Below are positions 29,274 to 39,866 of a stretch of DNA of 64,000 nucleotides, in pieces. The notes under the pieces were generated by a model, which did not search any database, was not told the DNA's origin, and was given only the letters and a program-made list of their open reading frames with translations. This stretch comes from Methanobrevibacter sp. (GTDB lineage: Archaea > Methanobacteriota > Methanobacteria > Methanobacteriales > Methanobacteriaceae): NCBI GenBank assembly GCA_017460025.1, contig JAFUBV010000001.1, positions 39,444 to 103,443 of the forward strand, written 5' to 3'. The first letter of the stretch is position 1. Each line of letters opens with the position of its first letter. The position numbers and the translations under genes were made by a program.

Positions 29274-30562
29274 GTTGATTCCTCTTCAGTTTCGTCTGTT
29301 TCTTCTTCATCTTCTTCATCATCGGAATCTGCTTCTGGTGGATCTCCAAATCCTGGAGGATAATCTACTAATGTTAAGTTACATGTCCATCCATTATATG
29401 ATTCGTCCTGATTTACTTTTGTAATGTACATGTAACCGTCTTCTTCAAAGCTTGGAATGTATACTCTAACCCATAATCCTTGTTGCCAGGTAGGTGAACC
29501 ATCAACTTTACATTCAATAACATGTCCGTTGTCACGACGTATCTTCGCCCATTCAATATTGGCGAATGTTAATGCTTCTTCATATGTTTCGACAGGTACT
29601 TCTTCAGTTTTAGTGGTGGTTTTAGTTTCAGTAGTTGTTGTTGATGATGTTGATGTTGTATCGGAAGATGTGGTGGAATCTGTAGTTGATGTTGCAGTAT
29701 CACTAGCTACTTCTTCAGTTTCAGTAACCTGTATTTTTTTAACTGCATCCAACTCTAAAGGTTTTTCACCAAAACGGTCAATGAGATTATCATCCATGAA
29801 AACAATATCTTCTCCACCTTGCCAATGAACAATTAGTTTGTTAACAGTATCAGGATTAACATCAGTAACATCTATGCTACCTTGAATGATATCTAATCCT
29901 TCAATCAAAGTTAATTCACTAGTTTCAGGGTCAGGAATCTTATTAATATAAACAATATCATTAACCACCCTACATTCTATTTCACCATCACGATAAGCAA
30001 GAATATCTTTTATAGCTTCCTTAATACTTGATGCAGAAGAACCTTCTTCATCTTCACTTCCACCATTAGCTAATTTGGTGGCTATACTGTCAAATGTACA
30101 TCCTAATTTACCACAAACATAATTAATGTACTGCTTATTCTTATCAAAGTAAGCTTTTGCAGGTTGACCAACAGATTCAATAGTACTTCCACTATAATTA
30201 TCGTCATGAGCTCTGACAAGTGGTGTAGTAGCTAAACCTTTGCAGGTTAACCATTTGTCTGTAGTAGCAACATTTGAGGCGAATACAACCCACATATACT
30301 TGTAATGATAGTAACCAGTTTTCAATCCATTTACGAAGTCAACGAACATTCCTGCATCAGAACCATTGACAATGAAGACTCCAATTTTTCCAGAGGCTTT
30401 AGATGATAATCCATATGATTGAATTGTATTAGGACCAACACCTGCGTTTTCACAAGTATGGCCTTTAGCTTCCAATTTCTTAATAACAGTATCAATCCAA
30501 CCTTTCTCAGTTGCATGATTACCATTCGAATAATTATCGGCTGCCACTACATATGTAGACAA
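29270..30562 (-). CDS. Baseplate hub C-terminal part with an N-terminal putative cell-wall enzyme domain
   Basis: VN.L.V...IDRFG...G.WVRV...MYITKV hub-like motifs; N-domain ADN...GVGPN...NGSDAG. Confidence 0.55.
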   Translation of the reverse strand: MSTYVVAADNYSNGNHATEKGWIDTVIKKLEAKGHTCENAGVGPNTIQSYGLSSKASGKIGVFIVNGSDAGMFVDFVNGLKTGYYHYKYMWVVFASNVATTDKWLTCKGLATTPLVRAHDDNYSGSTIESVGQPAKAYFDKNKQYINYVCGKLGCTFDSIATKLANGGSEDEEGSSASSIKEAIKDILAYRDGEIECRVVNDIVYINKIPDPETSELTLIEGLDIIQGSIDVTDVNPDTVNKLIVHWQGGEDIVFMDDNLIDRFGEKPLELDAVKKIQVTETEEVASDTATSTTDSTTSSDTTSTSSTTTTETKTTTKTEEVPVETYEEALTFANIEWAKIRRDNGHVIECKVDGSPTWQQGLWVRVYIPSFEEDGYMYITKVNQDESYNGWTCNLTLVDYPPGFGDPPEADSDDEEDEEETDETEEEST

Positions 30563-30580
30563 ATTAACTCACCTCCCTTT

Positions 30581-31621
30581 TTAACATGATGGGAAATCCC
30601 ATAATCTACTTACACTTTGATTTTGATACACCTGACCAAGACTTCTACGAGAATATCCAGGATCTGAATTTTGCCATGAGCCATCAACATAATATTGAAC
30701 CCATACATGACCAGTACCATAAACTCCACGAGCTTTTAATTTAACCACTTTAGCCATTTCATAACCTAAACGGGCTCTGTCACAACAATTGCTATAACCT
30801 GATTTCAAAACTTCACTTGGACATTTATGATGATCACTGTAATTTGGTGATGGATATTGCACATGGTCTGCGATAAAAGCAGTTATTGCATTAGCCTTTG
30901 CCTTTGCAGATTTCTTACCTTTACAGACTTTTTTAGCCATTGCTTTAACATCTGAAGATACAGTACCGCTGTAATCCCCGCCTTCATCGTCACTATCTTC
31001 ACTACTGGAAACGTTGCTGTAATCAATGACTTCATCTTCCATTCCAGTGAAATCAACTACGGGTGTTAAACCGGCAGTTTTAATCATTTCTTCAAGGATA
31101 CTGGACATTTTCATTTGACTGAAATCAAACTGATACTTTTTATCCAATAACTTAGTCATACCAGATAATGTTATGTCAACGCCTTTTTCACTAAACCTTT
31201 GTTCAGTAATGAAAGCTAATAAAACTTCATCTAAATCCTCTAAAGTTGTTACGACACCTTCTTCCTCCCAACATTTACGCAAACAAGTACGAACGCCTTT
31301 ATAGAATCTTTTTTTATCAATGGAAGGTACTTGAATACTTCCATTGTTACTTATAGATTCATAATCATACTCATGCTCAGTTTGGAACATATCTCCATAG
31401 TAATATGTTTCTAAGATTTCACCTTGATGTAATGTGAAACCATCATTATCATCACTAACTTCTTCCTCTTCTTCTGTGTTTTCTTCAGAATCAGATGAAT
31501 CCGATTCTTCTTCTTTTTCGCCCATAAAAGGTTCATACGGGACAAAGTTTTCTTCATCAGTCTTATAAACTTCAAAAATATTACGAGGAATACTGTAAGG
31601 TTTAACGCTCATGAGTTCCAC
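30581..31621 (-). CDS. Baseplate hub N-terminal part plus transglutaminase-like cysteine peptidase (candidate pseudomurein endoisopeptidase)
   Basis: NCCD...GHVWVQ...W...DP catalytic triad. Confidence 0.7.
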   Translation of the reverse strand: MELMSVKPYSIPRNIFEVYKTDEENFVPYEPFMGEKEEESDSSDSEENTEEEEEVSDDNDGFTLHQGEILETYYYGDMFQTEHEYDYESISNNGSIQVPSIDKKRFYKGVRTCLRKCWEEEGVVTTLEDLDEVLLAFITEQRFSEKGVDITLSGMTKLLDKKYQFDFSQMKMSSILEEMIKTAGLTPVVDFTGMEDEVIDYSNVSSSEDSDDEGGDYSGTVSSDVKAMAKKVCKGKKSAKAKANAITAFIADHVQYPSPNYSDHHKCPSEVLKSGYSNCCDRARLGYEMAKVVKLKARGVYGTGHVWVQYYVDGSWQNSDPGYSRRSLGQVYQNQSVSRLWDFPSC

Positions 31622-32190
31622 CTTGATTTAATATATTTTTTAATTTCATCCAAATCATTCAATGAATCTAATTCCTTAGTATTGTTGGAAGTTTCTTTAA
31701 TTGAAGTGATGTTTGATTCAGTTTCGGTTTCAGTGACTTCAGCGTTATCTTCTTGCAATATGTCTTCAGGTATAACGAAAGATTCTCCAGGAATATTTGG
31801 TTGAGCTTCAGGAATCTCATTAACAGTAACATCTAAAACCCAATGTTCCGGAGTACATTCTTCAGCCCGACGCTCAAAAATAACTTCCGCCATGAATTTT
31901 CCACCCATATATTCACTGATTACTTCACATTGTTTATTTGACATTTCAAGAAGTATATCATCGAATATTTTAGGATTGCCTTCAGTATACACGGTAGTAG
32001 TGAAACTGTATTCTCTAGGCAAATATTTTCCACGAGTAACACTTTCAGTTCCACCTAATAATTTTTGACGGACTAATTCTCTTCTATTAAAACTGTTATC
32101 TCCACGAATATCCTCTGCATAGAATGGGAAACCATCTATTTCAAGAGTTTCGTTTACTCCTTCTACAATATCCTTATACATATTAGGCAT
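31609..32190 (-). CDS. Tail tube initiator-like protein
   Basis: Position directly after tape measure; tube-like beta pattern. Confidence 0.5.
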   Translation of the reverse strand: MPNMYKDIVEGVNETLEIDGFPFYAEDIRGDNSFNRRELVRQKLLGGTESVTRGKYLPREYSFTTTVYTEGNPKIFDDILLEMSNKQCEVISEYMGGKFMAEVIFERRAEECTPEHWVLDVTVNEIPEAQPNIPGESFVIPEDILQEDNAEVTETETESNITSIKETSNNTKELDSLNDLDEIKKYIKSRWNS

Positions 32191-32196
32191 GATTAT

Positions 32197-35100
32197 CTAC
32201 GCTCCTGTGGATTGTGGATTTGGATCATATAAATTCAAAGATTCTAAAGCAAGTATTAACATTTGTTTTGCTTCTTTAGTTGTCATGTCACGTGCATCAA
32301 TTGGCATTGCTCCTTCTTGGAAAATAATAGTGGTGGTATTACCTGGTTGTGGTGTTGATACCCTACTATTAGCCAAGTCCATTGATTGTAAAGATGATGG
32401 GTTTAATGGTCCCATTGCAAAGTCTAATGATGGTGTTCCGAATGCGGATACAACAGAACTGCTTATTGTTTTTGCAGCGGAGATAAGTTTTCCCGCACCA
32501 TCGTATATTTTTTGTGGTGAGTATACTCCGAATTCTTTACCCCACATTCTTGCAATAGCACCTGGTGAGTGAGCGTCAGAACCTTCTTTTGCAGCGGCCA
32601 CTGCTTTTTCTGCTGCTGCTCTTGCAGCATCTGCCAAAGCACCACTACCACTGTTGATAGCTTGAACTGCATAATTCATTTCGTCTTTAGCTATTTGTCC
32701 TAATTTCAAACTATTTTTAAATGCATTTGTAACATTCGTACCTAAAGTATTTCCACCAGATGTTGCTACACCACTAGCAGATAAGATTCCTGATGATACT
32801 GCTCCTTGAACAGCACTTCCTAGTGGTGATAATCCTGCTGTAACACCAGATACAATACTTGAACCAATTCCTTGAGCAGGTGCTGCGAAACCTCCCGCTG
32901 CTGCAGATAATGTCTCACTTAAACTAGATAATGCTGTTTGAATGCTTCCAAGAACAGATTCTGTTCCTTCACCTAAAGTGATATCTCCGATTTTAGCTAA
33001 TTCTTCTGCAACTGTTGAAACATTAGTGACTGCTGTGGAAATAATGGTTGAGTCAAAACCTTCCATTGGTGGCATACTAGTCATTGTAGTTGCCACTTCA
33101 CTAATTTTAGTCATAGCAGAAGATATTTTACCTAACCCTTCAATTTTTGCATCATCTACACCTTCAACATTTATTCCTGCGATTGCTGTTGCTGCATCTT
33201 GAAGGTCTGTGATAACATTATTTAAAGCAGTTTTAATATCTGTTCCACCGAATATTCCATCCATCCAACCATCCCAATTACCATTATCACGCATGGTTCT
33301 TAATGTTTGGAATGCATCAGAAATAGATTGTAATGCAGAGGATACTTTACTGATTTTATCTCCTAATCCTTCAGGGATTTCAGGTAAAGTCCATCCACTT
33401 AATGCTGTTGCTGCATCATAAATATCTGTTTTAACTGCATCTAATGCTTCTTGAATATTTACTCCACCGAATAATCCATTCAATAAATCTGTGAACATTG
33501 AATCCCAGTTTTGACCATCACGAATACTCCTAAGAGCACCCATTGCATCACCAACACTAGCCAAACTATCACAAACATTTTGAATGTTCTGTGCAACACT
33601 AGTGTCTAACGGTGTTAATCCACTGAATTCATTTAATTTCGTAGAAGCCTGCATAATGTCATCTTTTGCCTGTTCCAAAGCAGATGTAATATCTCCAAAT
33701 TGGAAAGCCCAAGCAATAAAATTACCAAAACCTGTAGTAACAGTAACACTGGTTAATCCCATCATGGCATTAGAAACACTACTTAAACTATCACTTATAG
33801 TTTGAAGATTTGTAGCTACAGATGGATCTATAGTGACAGTTTCAAAACTTTTTAACTGTGCTGCGGCTTCTTTCAATGAACTAACTGCAACTTTTAATGG
33901 TCCGGTAATACCTGTGAAACCACCTATCATTGCTGCTATTCCAGTCATTATACTCGTGAATGTCATTGCAGCCATTGCTGCACCAACATATAATAATGCT
34001 TCTGCAATCTGTTTAATTCCTTCAATACTTCCTTTCAAGTTAATATTATTGAAGTTTAATGATTCCATAAATTCTCCAAGAAGTTTAATGAAAACCATTG
34101 CTTCAGCAGCAATAACTGATATAACAGGAATCATAATCATAATAACGGCGGATAAAGCTAGTGCAGGTACAATCATTGATGTAAATGCAGCACTTAATGA
34201 TGTTGTTGCTACGGCTGCGGTTTCAGCTCCTGCTGCTCCAGCTTCCATTGCTGGTGCTGCTGCCCCTACTCCTGCTGCAACTTCACCTACTTCTTCAACG
34301 CCTGAGACTACAGTTTTCATTTCTGAAGCAGCATCAGTTGCTCCCCGTAGTCCAGATAATTTATCCTTTAACCCACTAAAAGTGTCTTTAAAACTAAATC
34401 CACTTATGCTTTGGTATAATGATTTATTTAATCCGTTTAACTTGCCTTTAATGTCTGGCATTTTAATATTTCGGATAGATTCACCGAATGAAGATAATTT
34501 TCCACTGATGCCTCTTGTGATATCTCCTAATCCACCAAAGCCTTTTTCTAATGCATTTTGTAATGATTCACCAACACTAAATCCTTTAACACTAGAAGCT
34601 ATTTTAGTGAATGGTGCTGTTAATTTACCTTTTAAATCAAAATTTTTTATACTACTAAATGCGTCAGTTAATTTAGTTTTAAATCCGGAAAATTTATTTT
34701 TAATTGCACCAGTAAAAGTCATTTCTGCAGCTTCTTCCGCAGCTTCCCATTCTTTGATTAAATCATCATCAAGGAAATGCCCTCCTTCTTTAAGAGCCTC
34801 TGATAATCCTTCAGTTGATTTTTTACCAAAGATAGTTTCAGGGTCATAACCTAAATCAGTGATTCTTTTCTTAGTTAATCTTTCATTAGTTTGTGCATTA
34901 ATTTCAGCTATTTTTTCAAAGGTATCATCTGATTTTTCAAGTTCTTTAAGATATTTAGCTAAATCTTTATTCTCGGATTTACTGCCTTTAAGTAAGTCTG
35001 CTGCGAATAATGCATCAGTACCTGCCTCAACTGCTTTCTCACCTTTACCCACAGTTTTACCAGCACTTGCAACACCCGCACCAGCTGCACCCATACCAGT

Positions 35101-36138
35101 AACATTAGCTCCGATTTCACCAGCATTACTTACACTTGACATTGCATTAGTCATGTCATTAACTGCATCCGCAGCATCATGTGCAACTCCAGCTACATCA
35201 CCAGCACCTTTAATCCAATTACGTAACTTTTTAACTCCTTTACTCAAATCTTTAACACCACGAACCGCAGTGGAGACATTGAATAAAGCACTATTCATTA
35301 CATCAATACCTTCACCAACAAGAAGAATAATTGCAGTTAAGTTTCCACCTAAAGCATTATCCAAATCCAAGAATCCTCTTTTAACATCTTTAATAATTGG
35401 TAAGAATTCATTACCTATTTTCTTACCACCACGACTAAAAGCTTTTTGGATTAAAGCATCTAAACCTTGATTAGTTTCCATTAACTCTTTTGTAGAACCC
35501 ATTACCTCAGTAACTGCAGCCATGAATCCACGAATATCATCTTCTTCACCAGACCATAAGCCAGTACGTTTTAATGCATCTTCAGAAACTCCATATTGGT
35601 CGAGTGATGCGAATGCCCCTTTAATACCTTTAGATAATGACATCATTGCGGTTTCAGCTAATGCTGTTGAACCTGTTTGAGCTAATACTGCTGCACCAAA
35701 GTTAGCCATATCATCAGTGATATCTTTAACTTCATCATCAGATGCTCCAGTCGCAGCTTTGAATGCATTTAATGCAGGGATTAAATCTTGCATTGAAGTT
35801 AAACTGGAATCTGTGACTTTATCTACTGTATCATATAAGTCCTCAGCAGCTTCTTTGGTACTAGTCATGTTATTGATTAATACCTTATTAGTTTCTGCTT
35901 TACTTGCATTACCAAAGATGATGTCTGATGCAGATTTCCCACTATTCAATGAACCAATTAAACTGTCACTAACAGTGCTTAAACTAGCCATTCCACTAGT
36001 CATACTAGCTAAAGCAGATTGTGCTGATGCAGCCATTCCCTGAACACTATCATCTATCTGTCCTGCTACACTAGATACTTCATCTTTCGCACGAAAGATT
36101 AACATGAGTTCTTCAAGGCTAGCCATAATAATTCCCAT
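32197..36138 (-). CDS. Tape measure protein
   Basis: 1313 aa Ala/Gly/Ser-rich helical protein with hydrophobic segments and an HSPG motif; canonical position. Confidence 0.9.
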   Translation of the reverse strand: MGIIMASLEELMLIFRAKDEVSSVAGQIDDSVQGMAASAQSALASMTSGMASLSTVSDSLIGSLNSGKSASDIIFGNASKAETNKVLINNMTSTKEAAEDLYDTVDKVTDSSLTSMQDLIPALNAFKAATGASDDEVKDITDDMANFGAAVLAQTGSTALAETAMMSLSKGIKGAFASLDQYGVSEDALKRTGLWSGEEDDIRGFMAAVTEVMGSTKELMETNQGLDALIQKAFSRGGKKIGNEFLPIIKDVKRGFLDLDNALGGNLTAIILLVGEGIDVMNSALFNVSTAVRGVKDLSKGVKKLRNWIKGAGDVAGVAHDAADAVNDMTNAMSSVSNAGEIGANVTGMGAAGAGVASAGKTVGKGEKAVEAGTDALFAADLLKGSKSENKDLAKYLKELEKSDDTFEKIAEINAQTNERLTKKRITDLGYDPETIFGKKSTEGLSEALKEGGHFLDDDLIKEWEAAEEAAEMTFTGAIKNKFSGFKTKLTDAFSSIKNFDLKGKLTAPFTKIASSVKGFSVGESLQNALEKGFGGLGDITRGISGKLSSFGESIRNIKMPDIKGKLNGLNKSLYQSISGFSFKDTFSGLKDKLSGLRGATDAASEMKTVVSGVEEVGEVAAGVGAAAPAMEAGAAGAETAAVATTSLSAAFTSMIVPALALSAVIMIMIPVISVIAAEAMVFIKLLGEFMESLNFNNINLKGSIEGIKQIAEALLYVGAAMAAMTFTSIMTGIAAMIGGFTGITGPLKVAVSSLKEAAAQLKSFETVTIDPSVATNLQTISDSLSSVSNAMMGLTSVTVTTGFGNFIAWAFQFGDITSALEQAKDDIMQASTKLNEFSGLTPLDTSVAQNIQNVCDSLASVGDAMGALRSIRDGQNWDSMFTDLLNGLFGGVNIQEALDAVKTDIYDAATALSGWTLPEIPEGLGDKISKVSSALQSISDAFQTLRTMRDNGNWDGWMDGIFGGTDIKTALNNVITDLQDAATAIAGINVEGVDDAKIEGLGKISSAMTKISEVATTMTSMPPMEGFDSTIISTAVTNVSTVAEELAKIGDITLGEGTESVLGSIQTALSSLSETLSAAAGGFAAPAQGIGSSIVSGVTAGLSPLGSAVQGAVSSGILSASGVATSGGNTLGTNVTNAFKNSLKLGQIAKDEMNYAVQAINSGSGALADAARAAAEKAVAAAKEGSDAHSPGAIARMWGKEFGVYSPQKIYDGAGKLISAAKTISSSVVSAFGTPSLDFAMGPLNPSSLQSMDLANSRVSTPQPGNTTTIIFQEGAMPIDARDMTTKEAKQMLILALESLNLYDPNPQSTGA

Positions 36139-36149
36139 CCCATTATTTT

Positions 36150-37265
36150 TTATAATTTACTCCAATTTTTATAATTATGAGCTTTCAAATAGTTATTTAA
36201 TAATCGTTCACTAATATTCAATTCATTTAATATGCTTTTCATAGTTTTAGAAGATTTTTTGGATTGTTTTAGGTAAGATATCCCTCCTGCATCATCTATG
36301 ATTTTGAACTTACGTTTTCTTCCTAAATCATACCAACCAGAATATCCATGTTCTTTTAAATATCTATAAAAGGATTTATGTCCAATATTAAATTCTTCTA
36401 ATAAATTTTCTAATGTGTTATTTGATGCTTCTGATTTTATGATATACTCCATACCTCCTGCATCATCAATTATTTGCCATTTACAATCAGTATGGTTTTT
36501 ACCACTAGAAGATTCACGTTTACCTGTTAAACTTTCCCAATTAACTTTATTCTGTTTAAGATAATTGTCTAGTACAAAAATAGAAACACCAAGATTATCT
36601 GATACTTCTTGTTTAGATAATCCTTTAATCTTACAGGATTTTATGAAATTTAAACCTCCAGCATCTTTAATTAGTTGTTGTTTATAATTATAATGATTCA
36701 CACCAGTTGAAGATTCTCGTTTCCCTGTTAATTCATGCCACCCAGTGTAACCCTGGTCTTTAAGATAATTATAAAATGCTTTATCAGATATCTTAAATTC
36801 ATTAAGCATGTCTTCTAAAGATTTGCCTGATGCCTTTGATTTTTTCAGATAATCAATACCTCCAGCATCATCAATAATTTTTCCTTTATAATTAGGATGA
36901 TCTTCTTTATAACCTAATCCCTCTCCACCAGGAGTCATATTATAATGAAAATCATTTTTATCAAAAGTTTTAAAAATTTTAATGAAATATTGCTCATATT
37001 CATTTAAAATTAATTTATTCTCAGGCAAAACTTTTAAAATATATAATTTAAAATTATCTGGAGTGTATTTCTTTATAGCTCTATCAATACGGAAAGAACT
37101 CCTACTATCTTTACAATGTTCATACCATCTTCGAAGAATGTCTCTAGATTGACCGATATAAAGTTGATTAGTTAATCTATTTTTGATAAGATAGATACCA
37201 CATAATTTATTATGCAAACCTACTTGCAGAGTATTAGTTTCAATTGGAATTATATAATTAGTCAA
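36150..37265 (-). CDS. GIY-YIG homing endonuclease with four C-terminal repeats
   Basis: GIYLIKN...YIGQS...RW..H; YNMTPGG; (I/L)I(D/K)DAGG repeat four times. Confidence 0.85.
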   Translation of the reverse strand: MTNYIIPIETNTLQVGLHNKLCGIYLIKNRLTNQLYIGQSRDILRRWYEHCKDSRSSFRIDRAIKKYTPDNFKLYILKVLPENKLILNEYEQYFIKIFKTFDKNDFHYNMTPGGEGLGYKEDHPNYKGKIIDDAGGIDYLKKSKASGKSLEDMLNEFKISDKAFYNYLKDQGYTGWHELTGKRESSTGVNHYNYKQQLIKDAGGLNFIKSCKIKGLSKQEVSDNLGVSIFVLDNYLKQNKVNWESLTGKRESSSGKNHTDCKWQIIDDAGGMEYIIKSEASNNTLENLLEEFNIGHKSFYRYLKEHGYSGWYDLGRKRKFKIIDDAGGISYLKQSKKSSKTMKSILNELNISERLLNNYLKAHNYKNWSKL

Positions 37266-37266
37266 C

Positions 37267-37486
37267 TTAATACCTCATTCTTCGTCCTCGACGGGATCTA
37301 TTTTTCTTAGCTTCTTTTTCAGCATTGCGGATTTGTTTTTGTTCTTCTTTGATGATTTCACCATATTTCCGCATTAACATGATGATGTCTAAATGGTTTC
37401 TTTTGTAGATTACTTCACTAATCGGGATGCATAAGTGTTTACTTACACGGAAGTATACTTCACCGAGAAAACTATCTAACAGATGG
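37267..37486 (-). CDS. Tail assembly chaperone frameshift extension (gpT-like), no own start
   Basis: +1 frame HLLDSFLGEVYFRVSKHLCIPISEV...RMRY* overlapping the chaperone end. Confidence 0.65.
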
Positions 37487-38206
37487 AAATAAGTCTTCTT
37501 TGAAAGTTTCGTTTAATTGTAATCTTCCACGGACTTCATGGAATAAACTTACACGTGTTCCCAAGTCAACTTCTTCCCAAAATTTAAGATTATCTTCAAA
37601 ACTAGTTTCAGGATCATCAACAAATTCAATCCTGTCAGATAAAAATTCATTAACCATTTGGATTAAGAATTCTTCATCTTCCACTTTCTCATTGATTTTA
37701 TCCATAATGGATTGGTACATTTTAGTTTCTTCAGGAGATAATGGTTGTTTAGCTTCTGCTTTTCCCATTACTTTTCTTTCAGTTTTACTTAAATCATCGA
37801 AGATACCAAATTGATTTTCCTGTGCTTCCAAGTATTGTTTATCGGTGAATGGTTTGATACGCATTTGTAACAGATATTTCTCACCGTTAATCCAGTAATT
37901 CATATCTATACGATAGCAGTTTTTATCATGTATTAATGCTAATAATTGTGATTGTGTTTTAACAATGTTTTCGGATTTTTCCATTGTTTTTTCAATTTTA
38001 TCAGCATCGTATTCATCGAAAAAGCCCCTGTAATCTTTTAATAATCCAAGAATACTTTTTCTTTCTTCTTCTGTTAAATCTTCTTTATCTATACATTTAT
38101 CCACTAATTGTTTTTCGTCGTCTTCTAAATATTCGTAGGGTAATTTTTTACATTCTCGTGGATATTTGGTGTCCCATAAAAATTTTTCTGTTTTTTCACT
38201 AACCAT
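37472..38206 (-). CDS. Tail assembly chaperone (gpG-like)
   Basis: Between tube and tape measure genes; GAGG RBS before ATG 38206. Confidence 0.7.
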   Translation of the reverse strand: MVSEKTEKFLWDTKYPRECKKLPYEYLEDDEKQLVDKCIDKEDLTEEERKSILGLLKDYRGFFDEYDADKIEKTMEKSENIVKTQSQLLALIHDKNCYRIDMNYWINGEKYLLQMRIKPFTDKQYLEAQENQFGIFDDLSKTERKVMGKAEAKQPLSPEETKMYQSIMDKINEKVEDEEFLIQMVNEFLSDRIEFVDDPETSFEDNLKFWEEVDLGTRVSLFHEVRGRLQLNETFKEDLFPSVR

Positions 38207-38291
38207 AATTTCCTCTCTCCAAAAAAAAATTTTAAAAAAAAAATACACTAAAAGAAAAATTAAATCCCTGTAGTGTATCATTTTTTTTAGT

Positions 38292-38696
38292 TTATCTAGG
38301 GTCTTTGAAACCTAAAGCAATGAATTCTAAATCAAAACTTAAACCTTCATCTTCCATTGATGGACTAATAGATTCAATCCTACAATGTAAGAGAGTACCA
38401 ACTTCCTTATAATCTCCATCATCACCATAAGCAAAAACACTTATAGGGAAATTAGCACGTTTGGCTTGGTATTGTCTGCATAATTTTAAGTATTCTGGAC
38501 TGATTCCGTTAGCACTACCACTATATTCGTTTTTACCTCCAGCATATCTGTAAGGGTCACGGCTATTAGTGGCAGTTTTAGTATTGTTTTCAGTAGATAT
38601 TTCGAAATCAAAATCTTCACAGATGATGACTTCATTATCTAATCTTAATTCAGCTAAGTCGTAGCTGTTGTCATCTGGATCTACAGTGATGGCCAT
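38292..38696 (-). CDS. Tail tube protein
   Basis: 134 aa, directly after the sheath gene. Confidence 0.75.
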   Translation of the reverse strand: MAITVDPDDNSYDLAELRLDNEVIICEDFDFEISTENNTKTATNSRDPYRYAGGKNEYSGSANGISPEYLKLCRQYQAKRANFPISVFAYGDDGDYKEVGTLLHCRIESISPSMEDEGLSFDLEFIALGFKDPR

Positions 38697-38698
38697 AT

Positions 38699-39859
38699 TT
38701 AATTACCTCCTGTGGTTGCGTTTGGTGCTTCAACAAACATGCTGAAACCGATGAATAAGGTTGAGTTAACTGGTACTGATACTCCTTCTGCGATTAACCT
38801 GTAAGGGTTTGCATTGGATTCAACAACATTAACTGCGGTTCCATCCATCATGTGTCCTGCGTCTAAAAATCTGTTGACGATTACATCAACGTCAGTTTGG
38901 CAGTAGATGATATTGGTTTCAGTTTCGTTTCTTTTGATTTGTTTGTATAATGCAGTGTAGACTTCTCTGATTAATTGGTCTACGTTTCTTCTAGCATGTA
39001 ATAAACAATCATTAGGTCTTGCGTCTTGACCTGCAGCGAATGCGGTTGATACTGCAAGATTGATTCTTGGGTGGATTTCAGGTCCTGCTAATTCATCTTT
39101 GATGAAAATAATACCTGCGTCTTGCATGTTGTTTTCAATTGTTGGTGTACGGTTATTGAATTCTCCAGGAGCAATACTTCTGAAGTCAGTGTATCCTGGT
39201 TCTTCATAATATGGTGTAGTCATGATTTTAGCAAGTATACGGCCAAAGTATTTTGGTTCGCATAATCCAAGACGGGTGTTTTGAATGTAGTTGTCTTGTT
39301 CATCATCAGTGTATAACATTAATTGAGCATCAGTAGCACCAATAAAAGTAGTGTAAGCTATTCTTGGGTTACCGTATTCATTGTCTTGTTTAATGCAGTT
39401 TAATGCACTGTTTAATATGCTGATTACTTTGACTTTATCATCAGTTGCTTTGAAACCAACGTAAACTTCTGCACTGATTTCTCTTTTAGTTTTAGCAATT
39501 TCCATTGCATCTGTCCATTTTTTAACATCAGCTGCTTCGGATATACCTATTGCACCTAAATCAATAACATAAACATATGGGATTCCAATGTCTTCTGCTT
39601 CATTTTTTCTTCCTTCAGTGAAGTAATCTTTTAAAACAGCTAATAATGGGTTAGTTGCTGGGTTGGTTCCTATCCCACCATTTGCAATTGTTCTTTCAGC
39701 TGCTTGATATGATTTAAATTTTTGTATACCTGCAGTTGGTGAAGTATTTCCGGATAATCCAATGAAAATAGGGATTTGTGCTCCTTCACCTGATAAACCA
39801 GGATTACTATCTGATTCATAATATCTTACTTTAGGTGTTTCAGTTATGGTGATAGTCAT
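38699..39859 (-). CDS. Tail sheath protein
   Basis: TPKVRYYE...IPIFIG N-terminus; late RR..D motif; baseplate genes imply a contractile tail. Confidence 0.75.
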   Translation of the reverse strand: MTITITETPKVRYYESDSNPGLSGEGAQIPIFIGLSGNTSPTAGIQKFKSYQAAERTIANGGIGTNPATNPLLAVLKDYFTEGRKNEAEDIGIPYVYVIDLGAIGISEAADVKKWTDAMEIAKTKREISAEVYVGFKATDDKVKVISILNSALNCIKQDNEYGNPRIAYTTFIGATDAQLMLYTDDEQDNYIQNTRLGLCEPKYFGRILAKIMTTPYYEEPGYTDFRSIAPGEFNNRTPTIENNMQDAGIIFIKDELAGPEIHPRINLAVSTAFAAGQDARPNDCLLHARRNVDQLIREVYTALYKQIKRNETETNIIYCQTDVDVIVNRFLDAGHMMDGTAVNVVESNANPYRLIAEGVSVPVNSTLFIGFSMFVEAPNATTGGN

Positions 39860-39866
39860 GGTATCT

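Noticed and set aside
32189-36043. Long + strand ORFs (up to 338 aa) opposite the tape measure gene, and similar antisense ORFs across the late region
   Set aside because: Shadow frames produced by the codon bias of the real minus-strand genes; no RBS or motifs
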